Of a stretch of DNA of 64,000 bases, positions 24,820-37,289 are shown in pieces. The position numbers were made by a program, and so were the translations under genes. Below the pieces are notes generated by a model. That model made no database searches, had not been told where the DNA came from, and saw only the letters and a list, made by a program, of their open reading frames with translations. This DNA is from Octopus bimaculoides (lineage: Eukaryota), in contig NC_068982.1 of assembly GCF_001194135.2 (NCBI RefSeq), positions 31,894,453-31,958,452 on the forward strand. Direction: 5' to 3'. Position 1 is the stretch's first letter. Every line of letters begins with the position of its first letter.

Positions 24820-25003
24820 TTCAAATTTTGGCCCATGGCCAGAAAGATCGGGGGATGGGTTATGTCGATTACATCGACTCCAGTACTCAAGTTGTACTTA
24901 TTTTATCGAACCCCAGCAGGATGCAAGACAAAGTCAACCTCGGCGGAATTTGAACTCAGAACGTGAAGACGACGTGCTAACGATTCTGCCAACTCGCTCC
25001 CTT
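24820..25003 (-). mobile_element. SINE family 1 (internal deletion in head)
   Basis: Reverse-complement match to head, B box, core and TTTGAAA tail. Confidence 0.88.
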
Positions 25004-25091
25004 AGAAAGTTTCCAAATACTAGTATTAGTAGATGGCAGTAAAAACCGTGTTTTAATGTAACTGACACCCTACCTTACATATTCAACTCAC

Positions 25092-25101
25092 CACCAATGG
25101 T

Positions 25102-25132
<31 letters not shown>

Positions 25133-25211
25133 GCGGCGGCGGCAGTAGTAGTAATAGTAGTAGTAGTAATAGTAGTAGTAGCAGCAGCAGCACAGCAGCA
25201 ACAGCAGCAGC

Positions 25212-25257
<46 letters not shown>

Positions 25258-25319
25258 ATAGTAGTAGTAGTAGTAGTAGTCGTAGTAGTAGTAACGCGTA
25301 GCGGCAGTTTTGCAGCCAT
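25092..25319 (-). CDS. Candidate first coding exon built on a compound trinucleotide microsatellite (MAAKLPLRV-polyT-AAAVAAV-polyL-PPPP-polyL-PLV)
   Basis: ATG at 25319, 76 open codons, consensus donor GTG|GTGAGT at 25092/25091. The repeat (TAG/CAG/CGG on plus) is certain; coding status is not. Confidence 0.25.
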
Positions 25320-26487
25320 GCACTAGAACAAAAGTTTTGCAGTATGTTTGGTTAGAGCTAAGATGAACGCTTTTTCTTCAGTTGACATATTTTTCCTTCA
25401 GAGAAATCTTTGCTGCAGGTGGTTATCACAAAATCTGAATCATTACCATAATGGGTTTCGTTTGTGAAGCAACCATGCCTGAAAGTAAGCATCATTAAAG
25501 CACCAATTGTCAAACCATTGACTCTTCTTCTCTCCAGGAAAGAGACTACTTCTCTGACTGCTTTTACTCAATAAAAATCCATGTAATTGGAGAAAAGAAT
25601 GTAATGTTTTCCTTACGTCTTCAGGTTAGTCATTATATGTATACATTTAAATAACAAAAAAGGGAACGAGACAGAAGCAGGAGAAAGTCGGATTAAATTA
25701 TTATTAACGGTTTCTATAGCAATCGTATTTACAGTAAACTATTTAATCTAGCGACTATTGCATTAGTTTAACGAACTTAAATGTTTGAACGAAAGCATCG
25801 TTGTACGCAAACATAATCAAGTATCAGCTTGTTATGAGAGCCGTCATCAAACGCTGAGCTTGCTTATTTGCCATTCTATCACGTTGACTGCTTTTACTTC
25901 TCCTATTTGATGTAATAACAGAGGTGGTGGGAGCGATATTAGAGGTTCAATGAACACACAACCCGTTAAGGGTGTTAAGCGAACTTCTCTCCCAGACAGC
26001 AATACTTGCAGGTTGACTGGGAATTTTATTGAAGGTTATTAACCTTGACTAAATCAACTATCGCTTAGATCATTTAGCACTGACAATAATATACCGTTTG
26101 GTTAACTATTCACTAATAAATATACTTGCCTGTGGTAATTTATTTTGGTTTCATCCTTTATAGTTACAAAATGAAAGCCGACTGGACTTTCGTAATAGAT
26201 GTCTCTATCTTACAAGTCTTTAGATCTTACAAAAAGCTTCTCGGGAAATAATTAGAAGACAAACACATATATACACTCATGCGCACATATACTCACTTAC
26301 ACATTCACACATACACTCACACACACACACTCACACACACATACATACACACAAACACACGCACATACATACACGGAACACACAGAGACACATGCATATG
26401 TGCATTTACATATTATAATCCACCACCCTGCATCGGTAGATCAATAGACGGACAGGCTGAAAGACAGACAGACAGATAAATAAATAA

Positions 26488-26527
<40 letters not shown>

Positions 26528-26559
26528 TGAGAGGGGAGAGGGGAGAGAAAGAAGATAAT

Positions 26560-26975
26560 CATTCGAGGTCGATAAAATAAGATATTAGTCGAAATAATCT
26601 ACAACTTGCTGGCCTTCTTCCTTCGAACAGACAAAATGCTTAGAGGCATTTCTTCTGGGTTTATGTTCTGAGTTCAAATTGCTTGAAATTTTAATAGAAA
26701 GAATTATAGTAGAAAGGGGCAGAATCCTTAGCACACCGAGCGAAATGCTTAGCGGTATTTCTTCCGGCTCTTTACGTTCTGAGTTCACATTCCGCCGAGG
26801 CTGATTTTGCTTTTCATCCTTTCAGTGTCCAGGCATTCCTGACCTGTGGAGTTATATTGAATAGCTACTGTCGTGTGTCGGGCGGATCTATTTGTCGGCT
26901 GAGTCCATACTGAGGATTGCCGCAACGATTTCTTTTAATCGGGCAGGTAACACTTGTGTCTATAACAGAAAGGAT
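26560..26975 (+). mobile_element. Composite of SINE family 1 fragments plus an unclassified 3' segment ending GTCTATAACAGAAAGGATT
   Basis: Two head/B-box fragments (~26610-26680, ~26720-26825), then ~150 bp of other sequence ending in the family's AGAAAGGATT(ATT)n tail. Confidence 0.7.
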
Positions 26976-26986
26976 TATTATTATTA

Positions 26987-27020
<34 letters not shown>

Positions 27021-27036
27021 GATTATTATTATTAAG

Positions 27037-28078
27037 ACAATATACAATACCATGATGTTGTTGATTGAAGATATTGTGTCCAACGGGGGTTTGTAATGCC
27101 TGTCAAGTCGTTGACCTCAGACAGACAGTACTTTACGCAATATGCATGCAGTTCCAAGTAATGATGACTTTTGAAATACACCTAGATTTTAGAGTATCTC
27201 TAAAGTTTCCAGATGGTTTTTCAGATTGGGTGGTATTGAATCCAATACTCCGGTGACGATAGGTATAACCTTTATATTTGACTCTCGTAGCTGCCACAAC
27301 TTCGCGATTTCAATTCTCAGGTTTCCATTTTTATCGATTTTTTTCTCTTTCTTTCATGATATATTGATCTCCTGGCACTGCCACGACGATCATTGGGCAC
27401 TTTAGTTTCACCCTCCTAAAAATTACCATATCCAGCCTTCGGTGTTCTATCGCCTTGTCTGTCTGGAAGTCAAAGTCCCAGAAGATCTTTGTCTTCCCCT
27501 TTTCGTCCATTACCTTTTCCTGTGTATGTTGTTACCAGACACCCGTAACCTAATATCCATAGTACTCAGTGGAGGTTTTGGGTTACTTTGTCGTGTCTAC
27601 GCTTGTACTCTTTTTACATAAGACTTTCACAAGTACTGACAATGTGAGTCACGCTTTCGACCCTCTTCCCACAGATTCTGCAGAGGTCCGTTGCACTTGT
27701 GTGGTATATATCCCTTTTCACTGATTAGGTATTCAATGCCTAGTCCTGGGCAGTGATGATTAGGCTTTAAGTTTTCTTTTTTAAGTCACCCTTGCTGAGC
27801 CACCTCTATGATGCTTCCTGGTCTTTTAATTTGTTAGTTTCACGGTGGAAACTATATGATTCCATGCAGAGTAGGGTTTCTTCTCTCTCGTTGGCTGTTC
27901 GTGATCGGAATTCATGAGGACTCACAAATCCAGCATACTGTGGCAGGTCTTGTTTGTTGTTCACCAAATATTCTGCCATGTTTTTTCTTTCACTGTTGAT
28001 GCACTCTCGTATGCTAATCAGCCTACGTCCACCTTCACCCCTCTTCATGTAGAGCCTTTGTACATTCGCTTCAGAATA
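27037..28078 (-). mobile_element. R4/Dong-clade retrotransposon, copy C (5'-truncated)
   Basis: Minus frames: RGEGGRRLISIRECINSERKN, CRICG...SVTHIVS, RRLDMVI, IVGSARRS, VIPIVTGVLDS; (ATT)n on both sides (26975-27035, 28079-28164). Confidence 0.88.
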
Positions 28079-28164
<86 letters not shown>

Positions 28165-29320
28165 GCTTTTGCACAGCTTCTAACGCTCTTTGCATTTTTA
28201 TTTTCGATGATGCCTCCGGAGTGGGGTCGTACCAATATTTTGCTCCGTCAAGTGTCCAGTGGACAAGCCTTGCTATATGGTCGTGGCGTCTCTTATATTC
28301 CTTCTGGGCTAATGGCGTACATTGGCTACTAATATGCCGTACGGTTTCACCATTTTGCCCACTGATTCTGTCCGTATCACTTTCTGCTGTGTTGTCTATT
28401 CTGTATTTTATGTACTTTGTTCTTAGTACTTGCACTTGGGCAGCACAGATTAGAGCCTCCATTTCCGGCTTTAAATTACTTTTAGTCATTCATCCATAGC
28501 CATACTTTTTCTCTGTATGTCTTATCTTCAACATCCCTATGAAATTGACCATGCATTCTTTTCTTTACCCACCTATTTTCAGTTTCATTCGTTTTCAATT
28601 GCTTGTACACTGCTTTATCTTTGCGATCTTCCATCCTACACAAACCTGACTTTTTTACTTCCGATAATAGCGGTTCTGTGGCATTTCTTACTTACCATGC
28701 AATGTTATTTTCTTCTCCTCTAATGCTGTGTTCGCATCTAATTAGTCCTCTTCCCCCTCTTTCTTGGTACATACAGTCTGTCTGTGTCACTTTTGGGGTG
28801 AAGTGTCCCATATCTAGTTAGCAACTTCCTTGTCTTTCTGTCTAAGCTGTTTAGTTCATCTACTGCCCATGCGATTATCCCTGCTCCATATCTAAGGAGT
28901 GAAATCGCCAAGTACTCCTTCTTAAATTTTTCTGTCATTTCTTTCTCCATCAATTTATCCATCTCTAAAATCCCCAAGTACTTATAGCCCGTCTCTTATA
29001 TCTGCTTCAAAGCCTCCCCCGACGGTAACGTTAGCCCGTCCAATACATTTGTTTTTGCCTCTCTTCATGACTATTACACCGCACTTTCTCAATCCGAACT
29101 CCTTTCTGATATCAGCACTGAAGGTATACACCGTATCAACGAGGGAACCGAATTGGGCTTCATTTTTACCATAAAGTTGAGGTCATCCATGGCGGCTTTT
29201 GAATAGTGACACTCGGGGTAAAATATACGAAGTCCAGTACACCCATCATGAATACCTGTCTGATAAGGGTACATCAGGCACATCCATCACAACCATATGT
29301 GCGCGACATAGTGATCTCAT
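28165..29320 (-). mobile_element. R4/Dong-clade retrotransposon, copy D
   Basis: MDDL (RT), KYLGI, LRYGAGIIAWAVDELNSLDRKTRKLL, HPKSDTDRLYVPRKRG, LKPEMEALICAAQVQVL, HISSQCTPLAQKEYKRRHD. Confidence 0.9.
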
Positions 29321-29344
29321 GTTGTTATGATCATTATTATTACT

Positions 29345-29562
29345 AAGACAACGAAGAGGCAAATTTTTTAGCCCACCGAACAAAATGCTTAGCAGCTTTT
29401 CGTCCGTCTTTACGTTGTGAGTTAAAATTTCGCCGAGGTCGACTTTACCTTTTATCCTTTTGGGGTCGATGGATAATTACCAATTGAACACTGAAGCCGA
29501 TGTACTCGACATCCCACTCTCCTCAGAATCTGCTGGCCTTTTGCCAAAATTTGAAACAATTA
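29345..29562 (+). mobile_element. SINE family 1
   Basis: Preceded by ATTATTATTACT; core and tail GCCAAAATTTGAAACAATTATC run directly into the 3' end of Dong copy E. Confidence 0.88.
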
Positions 29563-29564
29563 TC

Positions 29565-31185
29565 ATTTCATATACGCACAACAGATTAGACTGTTGGAAA
29601 AGAAAAAAAACTTAACATTGGGCTACAGCAAGTAACCGTAGATGCCGAAAATCCACCTAAGTATTCTAGCTGTCCCTAATAACACTGTTTTTCTGAGCTG
29701 TACTAAACAAGGCCTTAAGCCTGTTTCCTCTGTCCATCAGTTCAAATCTTTAGGCATAGTTCATAATGTACCTATAACTACATGGATACATTGTAGTCTT
29801 TGTAATTCAATGGTTAAGTCCTAGTACTTTGCTATTTTCTCTATACCTCTCATATTGACTTCTTCATCATTTTGGACTGTAAAGTCAATTATCTGGCACT
29901 TTCTATTCTCTTTGTCTACTACTACTAAATCAGGCCTATTATTCTGTCCATCTGAAAGTTAAAGTCCCAAAACATTTTGTTTCTTACTTTCTAGTACTTT
30001 ATTAGCTTCATGTTCATACCGTTTAAAATCCTAGCTTTCTACATAACTCCCAGTGGATTACTCTCCCTGGGATGTCATTCTTTTCTTGTAGTTTTTCTAT
30101 GCCAGCATACTACATTCAGTTACTATTTGAGTAACACCTTCCTCTTTTGATTTGCATAACCTACATTGGGAATCTATTTGGTTTTGTCTATCTTGGCTTT
30201 TATCGAATTAGTCTTCAATGCTTCACTACTTCTCTCACTTTCTTTAGCCATACTGCATCTCCATTCTGATTGACTGACTTATCCCAGATATTACTCGAGA
30301 ACTCTCTAGCTTCTGCATTAGGTTTTTCATCTTCAGTACTTTCTTCTCCACTATTTATTTGGCTATAAAATCTCCTCTGGGCTTTCTCAAATAATCTATT
30401 CTGTTGATACTGATCTATTATTTTCTATGATACGTTGTGTCAACTCTTTCACGATTATCCTAAATCCTTTCTCTTTGACTAACTATCTTTTCCTAAGTGA
30501 AGACTTAAATTTTGTGTTTTCGAACTTGTTTAGTTTCCAGGCTTTTATTCTATTCAGATCTTGTCTTAATGTCTTCATTTTATCTTGCAATATCCTTTTC
30601 CACCTTTGCTCTTTTCTAATCTTTCCTTAGGGAATACCTAATCTTCTACTAAGTACTACCCAATTGCATAGATCAACAATTTAACGTCACCTATATTTTT
30701 AATACCTGTCCTACTGATAACAGATTCTACTTACCTAGTCATATCTAGCAGCTTCCTTCTGTTGGTACCTTTTAATAGTGGCAATCTTTTTTCTTCTTTA
30801 CTCATTGCTTCCAGCAATTCATCTAAAATCTTCTGATCTTCCTAATTTAAGTCGCTTAAGTCACTAGTGTCAGTTGTCTCTTCCTGGTCTGTAGTGCTAT
30901 TATTATTTTTTCCCTTTAGGTTCTACTTTGGTTTGAACTGTATCTCTTATGTTGTTTGGCTTCTCTACTGCCTGGTATCACTTTTCTAGTTATCTTGTGA
31001 TCTCTTCCACCTCCAATTCTGTCATCCACTTTCTTCTCCTAAAAACATTAGCTTTGTCTACTAGTCACTTTAAATATACTCTTCTCAACCCAAAGTGTTA
31101 ACATCCGTTTTTTATAACCCTTTCTTTTGGGTTCACTTTCTAAGTAACACTGCATCACTATATCGGATAGGGTAACCTTTTGGTG
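29565..31185 (-). mobile_element. R4/Dong-clade element, copy E: retains N-terminal region and CCHC/RLE end but lacks RT
   Basis: 5' part encodes IVMQCYLESEPKRKG..KRMLTLWVEK, YQQNRLFEKAQRRFYSQI, NIWDKSVNQNGDAVWLKKVRE, then jumps (~30220) to ALKTNSIKAKIDK and the knuckle/RLE. The 3' UTR matches copy A (GGTTACTTG...TTTTCCAA.AGTCTAATCTGTTGTG.GTATA). Confidence 0.82.
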
Positions 31186-31189
31186 GGAC

Positions 31190-31575
31190 AAACAAAAGTT
31201 CCTAATAATTGACGTGGTAGTGCCAGGAGATCAACATATCATGAAAGAAAGAGAAAAGACTGATAAATATGAAGACCTGAGAATTGAAATCGCGAAGATG
31301 TGGCAGCTACGAGAGTCGAGCAGAAAGGTTATTCCTATTGTCACCGGAGTATTGGGTCCAATAGCACTCAATCTGAAAAAACAATTTGGAAACTTTAGAA
31401 ATACGCTACAATCTAGGTGTATTTCAAAAGTTAGCATTACTTGGAATTGCACACATATTGCGTAAAGTACTGTCTGTCTGGGGTCCTTGTTGTGACTTGA
31501 CAAACAGTACAAACCCCCTGTAGTCACAATATCTTCAATCAACATCACGATATTGTATACTGTGCGATTCCTATT
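31190..31575 (+). mobile_element. R4/Dong-clade 3' fragment, copy F (same family as copy C)
   Basis: IIDVVVPGDQHIMKEREKTDKYEDLRIEIAKMWQLRESSRKVIPIVTGVLG; 3' UTR matches the reverse complement of 27040-27400; followed by (AAT)n. Confidence 0.9.
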
Positions 31576-31580
31576 ATAAC

Positions 31581-31635
<55 letters not shown>

Positions 31636-31636
<1 letters not shown>

Positions 31637-31836
31637 ATATTGTTTCTACTATAAGCCCAAGGTCTGAAATCTGGGAAATGGGAATAGTCCACTCCAGTAC
31701 TTGACTGATACTTAATTTATCGACCCCGATAAGTTGAAAGGCAAAGTCGACCTCGGCGGAATTTGAGCTCAGAGCATATAGGCAGACAAAAAGTATTTTG
31801 CCCGGCACAGTAACGAGTCTGCCAGCTCACCGCTTT
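31636..31836 (-). mobile_element. SINE family 1 embedded between (AAT)n and (AAT/GAT)n tracts
   Basis: Full head-to-tail reverse-complement match; both ends in the microsatellite. Confidence 0.9.
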
Positions 31837-31849
31837 AATAACAATAATA

Positions 31850-31889
<40 letters not shown>

Positions 31890-31920
31890 CGACGACGATG
31901 ATAATAATAATAATGATAAT

Positions 31921-32930
31921 AAACTCGTATGAAAACCCGTGCTAAATCTTGTGCTTTAGGTATTCTTACTGATAAATGGCAAGAAAAACCTCTCTATGGC
32001 AAATACCCAAATATAGCTAATAATGTCGATGTTGACAAAGCCTTTACCCAGTAATGGTTAGTGTCTTCTGGCTTAAAATCAGAAACAGAAGGGTTTATCA
32101 TAGCAGCCCAAGATCAATGCCTCCCTACAAGGAGCTACCAGGCCAACATAATAAAGAACGGCAGTAGCCCAACATGTCGTGTATGTAAACAACAAAATAA
32201 AACATTTGATCATGTTGTCTCCATGTGCAGTCTGCTTGCGCCTACAGAGTATCTCAACAGACATGATAGAGCAGCACAGTATATTCACTGGATATTTTTC
32301 AAAAACTTGGACCTGCCCCATGATAAAAACTGGTGGGAACAGAAACCACCTCCAGTGCTTGGAAATGATGACATTTCAATCCTCTGGAACTTTACCGTTC
32401 AAACTGACAGAGAGATAGATGCGAATAGGCCAGACATTATATTGAAAGACTTCAGACAGAAATCATGACTCCTCATTGATATGACTGTCCCAATCGACAT
32501 AAATGTATCTGTCAAGACCTACCGAAAACTGAGCAAGACTAAAGATGTTGAAATAGAAATTAGCAAAATGTGGAACCTGAAGACTAAAACAACACCTGTT
32601 GTCATAGGTGCCCTAGGAAGGATAGCAAAAGAGGCTGAATCCTACCTAGCTCAAATACCAGGAAACATTAAAATAGCAGTAATTCAAAAGATAGTGCTCA
32701 TGGGAGGTGCCTATATCTTACGTAAAATACTATGTAATCTCAAATTTTAAAACAAACCTATAATTTTCTTATTCTTTCTTAAATATTCTCTAGAACAATA
32801 CTATGTGCAAAACCCAATATATGATACCCTAGGTATAACACCAAACTGAAATTCTACCTTGTTGTCTCTTGAGGTCTCTGGGTGAGACTTGGAGTCAACT
32901 TGTACTAATACAAAGCAAAAGTCAAACATA
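31921..32930 (+). mobile_element. R4/Dong-clade retrotransposon, copy G (3' third, nearly intact frame)
   Basis: KWQEKPLYGKYP, GLKSETEGFIIAAQDQCLPTRSYQ, CRVCKQQNKTFDHVVSMC, RHDRAAQYIHW, DANRPDIILKD, IDMTVPID, PVVIGALG; (AAT)n at both ends. Confidence 0.95.
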
Positions 32931-32947
32931 TGATAATGATAATAATG

Positions 32948-32993
<46 letters not shown>

Positions 32994-33556
32994 TAATAAT
33001 AATAATAATGATAATAATAATAATAATAATGATAATAGTGATTTGCCTGAAGACAAACACACATGTGACAGTATTTACATACTGCTGACAAAACATATAC
33101 AATCACATTGCTACTTCTGCCACCACTGTCGCCAACGCGATCACCATCCTACTAGAAATGGCTTGGAGACTGCATAGTGGTTCTGTCTTTTGTCTCCCTG
33201 TCTCGCCTCTCTCTCTGACTGTCAATTCAATATCTGCCTCTTTCTACGATGCTACATGAATTCTGTCGGCCTGCCATTTGTCACCTTCGAAGCGGCAGGT
33301 CATGACATGAATTAACTGAAAACTTCTCAAAATAAAATTAAAGGAAGATCAGCTGAAAAGTAAGCAACCATATGAGGGAACTAAAACTAAGCAAAAGCGA
33401 ATGATGGCAAATTGTTCGCATAAGTCAGGCGTTAGTCGAAGTAGCACAAATAAATTATTTGACCACGTATTAAGACGTGCTTGCGTGTGAGTATGTAATT
33501 GTGTGTGGGTATGTAATTGTGTGTGGGTATGTCTGTATTTGAGTGGGGTCTATTTT

Positions 33557-33597
<41 letters not shown>

Positions 33598-35139
33598 NNN
33601 NNNNNNNNNNNNNNNNNNNNNNNNNNNNNNNNNNNNNNNNNNNNNNNNNNNNNNNNNNNNNNNNNNNNNNNNNNNNNNNNNNNNNNNNNNNNNNNNNNNN
33701 NNNNNNNNNNNNNNNNNNNNNNNNNNNNNNNNNNNNNNNNNNNNNNNNNNNNNNNNNNNNNNNNNNNNNNNNNNNNNNNNNNNNNNNNNNNNNNNNNNNN
33801 NNNNNNNNNNNNNNNNNNNNNNNNNNNNNNNNNNNNNNNNNNNNNNNNNNNNNNNNNNNNNNNNNNNNNNNNNNNNNNNNNNNNNNNNNNNNNNNNNNNN
33901 NNNNNNNNNNNNNNNNNNNNNNNNNNNNNNNNNNNNNNNNNNNNNNNNNNNNNNNNNNNNNNNNNNNNNNNNNNNNNGCTCAGATAAAGAAGGAAAATGT
34001 TTATTTACTTTTGTATTTTAAGATAGAAAGCATATTTGTTTTTTTTTTTTATGAATTTTAATTATCTAGATGCATAAAACAAAACAGTGAAGCGAAAGTT
34101 TTGATATACAATCTAGCATCAAATCTGTAGAGGAACACATAACCTAGTTACAGTCAAATTAGATAAGAGATGTATCAACGCGGGAGAGGAAGCTGTGAAA
34201 AAAACAAAAAAAAAAAACGATGCGAGATAAAATAGATAATGACAGAAACAAAGGAAGAAAGAAAACAGGACGAAATAGATATCTTTATATATCTTTTATA
34301 GATTTCCTCCTGTGTGACATGTAACTAATTTCAGTTTAGTTATTTTATTTGTCATATTTACATCTATTACATTATCCGCTCACACTTAGATCCAGGATAT
34401 TACCCTCATAGGGAAACTGTTTTTTGCTCCATTTTGTGGAAAGGTTGATTGAACCATCACCAGACTTAAGCATGTCACTTCTAAGCAATCACATATCCTC
34501 GTCTTTCTTTTAGACTGAGAACTATTTACATAAATCTTATATTTTACTGTATTGATATTTAGTGGCAAACTTGAATTGAGTAGGGAGAATTTTATTTTAT
34601 TTTATATGACATTAAAATGCATATCGTAACTATTATGTGAAACTGTCGTATGTCAAAACTGGGCCAAATGCGTTGTTTTCTGGGGGGNNNNNNNNNNNNN
34701 NNNNNGGGGTTCGATATTCATTTTTGCTTGCAATACCTGGTTCTTTTGGTCAAACTATAGGCATCTCCAGCTGCTTCAGATGTCACGATATCAAAAACCG
34801 TCAAAGTGTAGAACAACGGGTTTTGCTATGGAATGCTGAAACTATTTTTCCGTTTTCTAAAAAAAGCAACGTTTTGGACTTGCGACACTTTTGCATAATA
34901 GCAACGCCATATAGAAAGAAACCAAGATATTAGTCCTATTTCCGAGTTTAGATAAATATTGTTATGTTCGGTATTATACCCGTATCATGAGGAAACCTTA
35001 GCGTTCGAGGTGCTTACCGAAGCAGCGATGAACAAGTTACTAATAAAGATAGACGAATGAAATTAGAAATGCTTAAAAATTTACATAGATATACGCACAC
35101 ACAGACACACACACACACACACACATATCTATATATATA

Positions 35140-35335
35140 TTGGGTTGGTGCATAATTATTGCGGTTTTCTTTTCTTTTCAACAAATTTTATACAACAAAA
35201 ACAATAAAAATATTTCATAAAAACATCTTTAAATGACAGTCTGACTGTCTGCTAAGCAAACGGGAAACAGTAATTGAAGTAGATGGTGAATATGCTCCGG
35301 AATAATCATTTAAACATGTTTTTGTTACATGTTGC
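35140..35335 (+). mobile_element. Internally deleted mariner derivative with Hsmar1/MADE1-like TIR
   Basis: TA then TTGGGTTGGTGCATAATTATTGCGGTTTT, resembling the Hsmar1 TIR as recalled (TTAGGTTGGTGCAAAAGTAATTGCGGTTTT); followed by a transposase C-terminus KRETVIEVDGEYAPE*. The right end falls in a gap. Confidence 0.7.
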
Positions 35336-36228
35336 NNNNNNNNNNNNNNNNNNNNNNNNNNNNNNNNNNNNNNNNNNNNNNNNNNNNNNNNNNNNNNNNN
35401 NNNNNNNNNNNNNNNNNNNNNNNNNNNNNNNNNNNNNNNNNNNNNNNNNNNNNNNNNNTATATATATATATATATATATATTCACCTGTCTATTTGTATG
35501 TATACCTATGTGCATATATATTCTGTATTTCTATGTATGTGTGTATGTATACTTATGTGTAAGTATAAGTATATTTGTGTATATGCATGTGTTTATGCAT
35601 TTAAGTGAATATATGCACATGTATTTCATATGTATACAGTTTTTATACTTGTGTTTTTATATGTATGTCTGTGTATGAATTGCTAATAGAAAAAGAAACC
35701 CGTTACTGTTTTATTAACATCTACGGGCTTTCTCAGCCCATGGGCTAAATTTTTTAAAACAAACTTACATTCATATTAATTAATTATTCATTTACCATTA
35801 ATTAATTTACTCTGGACATGCACTATTTCATTTTAACTTAGAATTATTTTTTGACTCAAAGTTTTTTTCGGTTTTATACAATACGATAATTATGTCATAT
35901 TTATTTTTATTTTTTATATTTATATTTATTTTATTTTCTATTTGTATATTTGCTATCTCAACTTGCATACTTCTAAAAGACCGTTAAGGGAAACAACCAA
36001 TCAAATTCAAGTGTGTATCTGTCAATGTGAATTATATCAAAATATAAATTGTACGCACAACCTCAATTGTTTTTTCATTCTGGATCACAACTGCCCGACG
36101 AACGGGAGCGTGAAACTGAGTGGCAGTGTTTTGTGATATTTTGTGATGTTTTTGCACCTTTAATAAGAAAGTATTAGAACTACTCTTTCCCCACCTTGTT
36201 TAATATTTATGTGCTTATTTGGGTATGT

Positions 36229-36276
<48 letters not shown>

Positions 36277-36286
36277 NNNNNNNNNN

Positions 36287-36341
<55 letters not shown>

Positions 36342-37289
36342 GTGTGTATGTATGTATGTGCGATTGGAAATTAGAATTTTTACATGAATAATTATAAAAA
36401 TAATTTATTTAATAATTGTAAATGAAAGCGTAAGTCTGTAAAGAATATTCAGTATGATATTAATCTAATTAATACATTTTCAGTTCTACGATTTCTTTTT
36501 AATATCTAATTCCTAAATATCGTTAATTACTTAGTTCATATTTCGCAGAATTATTCTGACCAAAGATGTCTGAAATTTATTTATTATTACATACTACATA
36601 TTATCCCCATCTTTATACTTTGTTCTGAAATGTTATATTATCGAAAAACTTTATCCTTTGCAAAAAGTGTTTCTTTTCTGCAACATATATTTCAGAAACA
36701 GAATACCACAGTAAATTTTATTGCATGTAGCTTCTTGCTTTTCTAAAAGGTCTTTATCTAAGTATCATGTGTAGGTTGTTGTCTTTACCTTTATCTATAA
36801 TCCAAAGTGGGAACACGTTAATCAATTCTAATTATTGTAGTTAAATATTCTGTCAAAGGTAACGCTTTGAAATGATAAAGAGAGGATAAAGAGAAACTAA
36901 TCGTTTACTACACGACCCAGATGTTTATCAAATTATGAGAATTATAACAGAATAATACGTGTGAAAAGTATGAAATTTACCATATTAAAGGAGAAATCGA
37001 TGATACTGTGAATGATTAACTAGGTAATATTATTACACAAACTAATTGTTAGACAAGGATTGCAATTTGCGATAAAACATTTACAAATAGAATAGTCAGC
37101 CTTTTATAAATGCTATGAAATATTTCTAAAATATAAATCATAATTCAAATTGAAAAAGAGAACAGCTTTGTAGCCTTCAGATGGGTTAGGAGTCGTTCAC
37201 GATTTACTTAAGTTTGCAACAAAATGTTAATAATAGCATGTTTTCTCTAATTTGTTTTAGAAAATACTAGAAATAGCTGTACTCATCAA

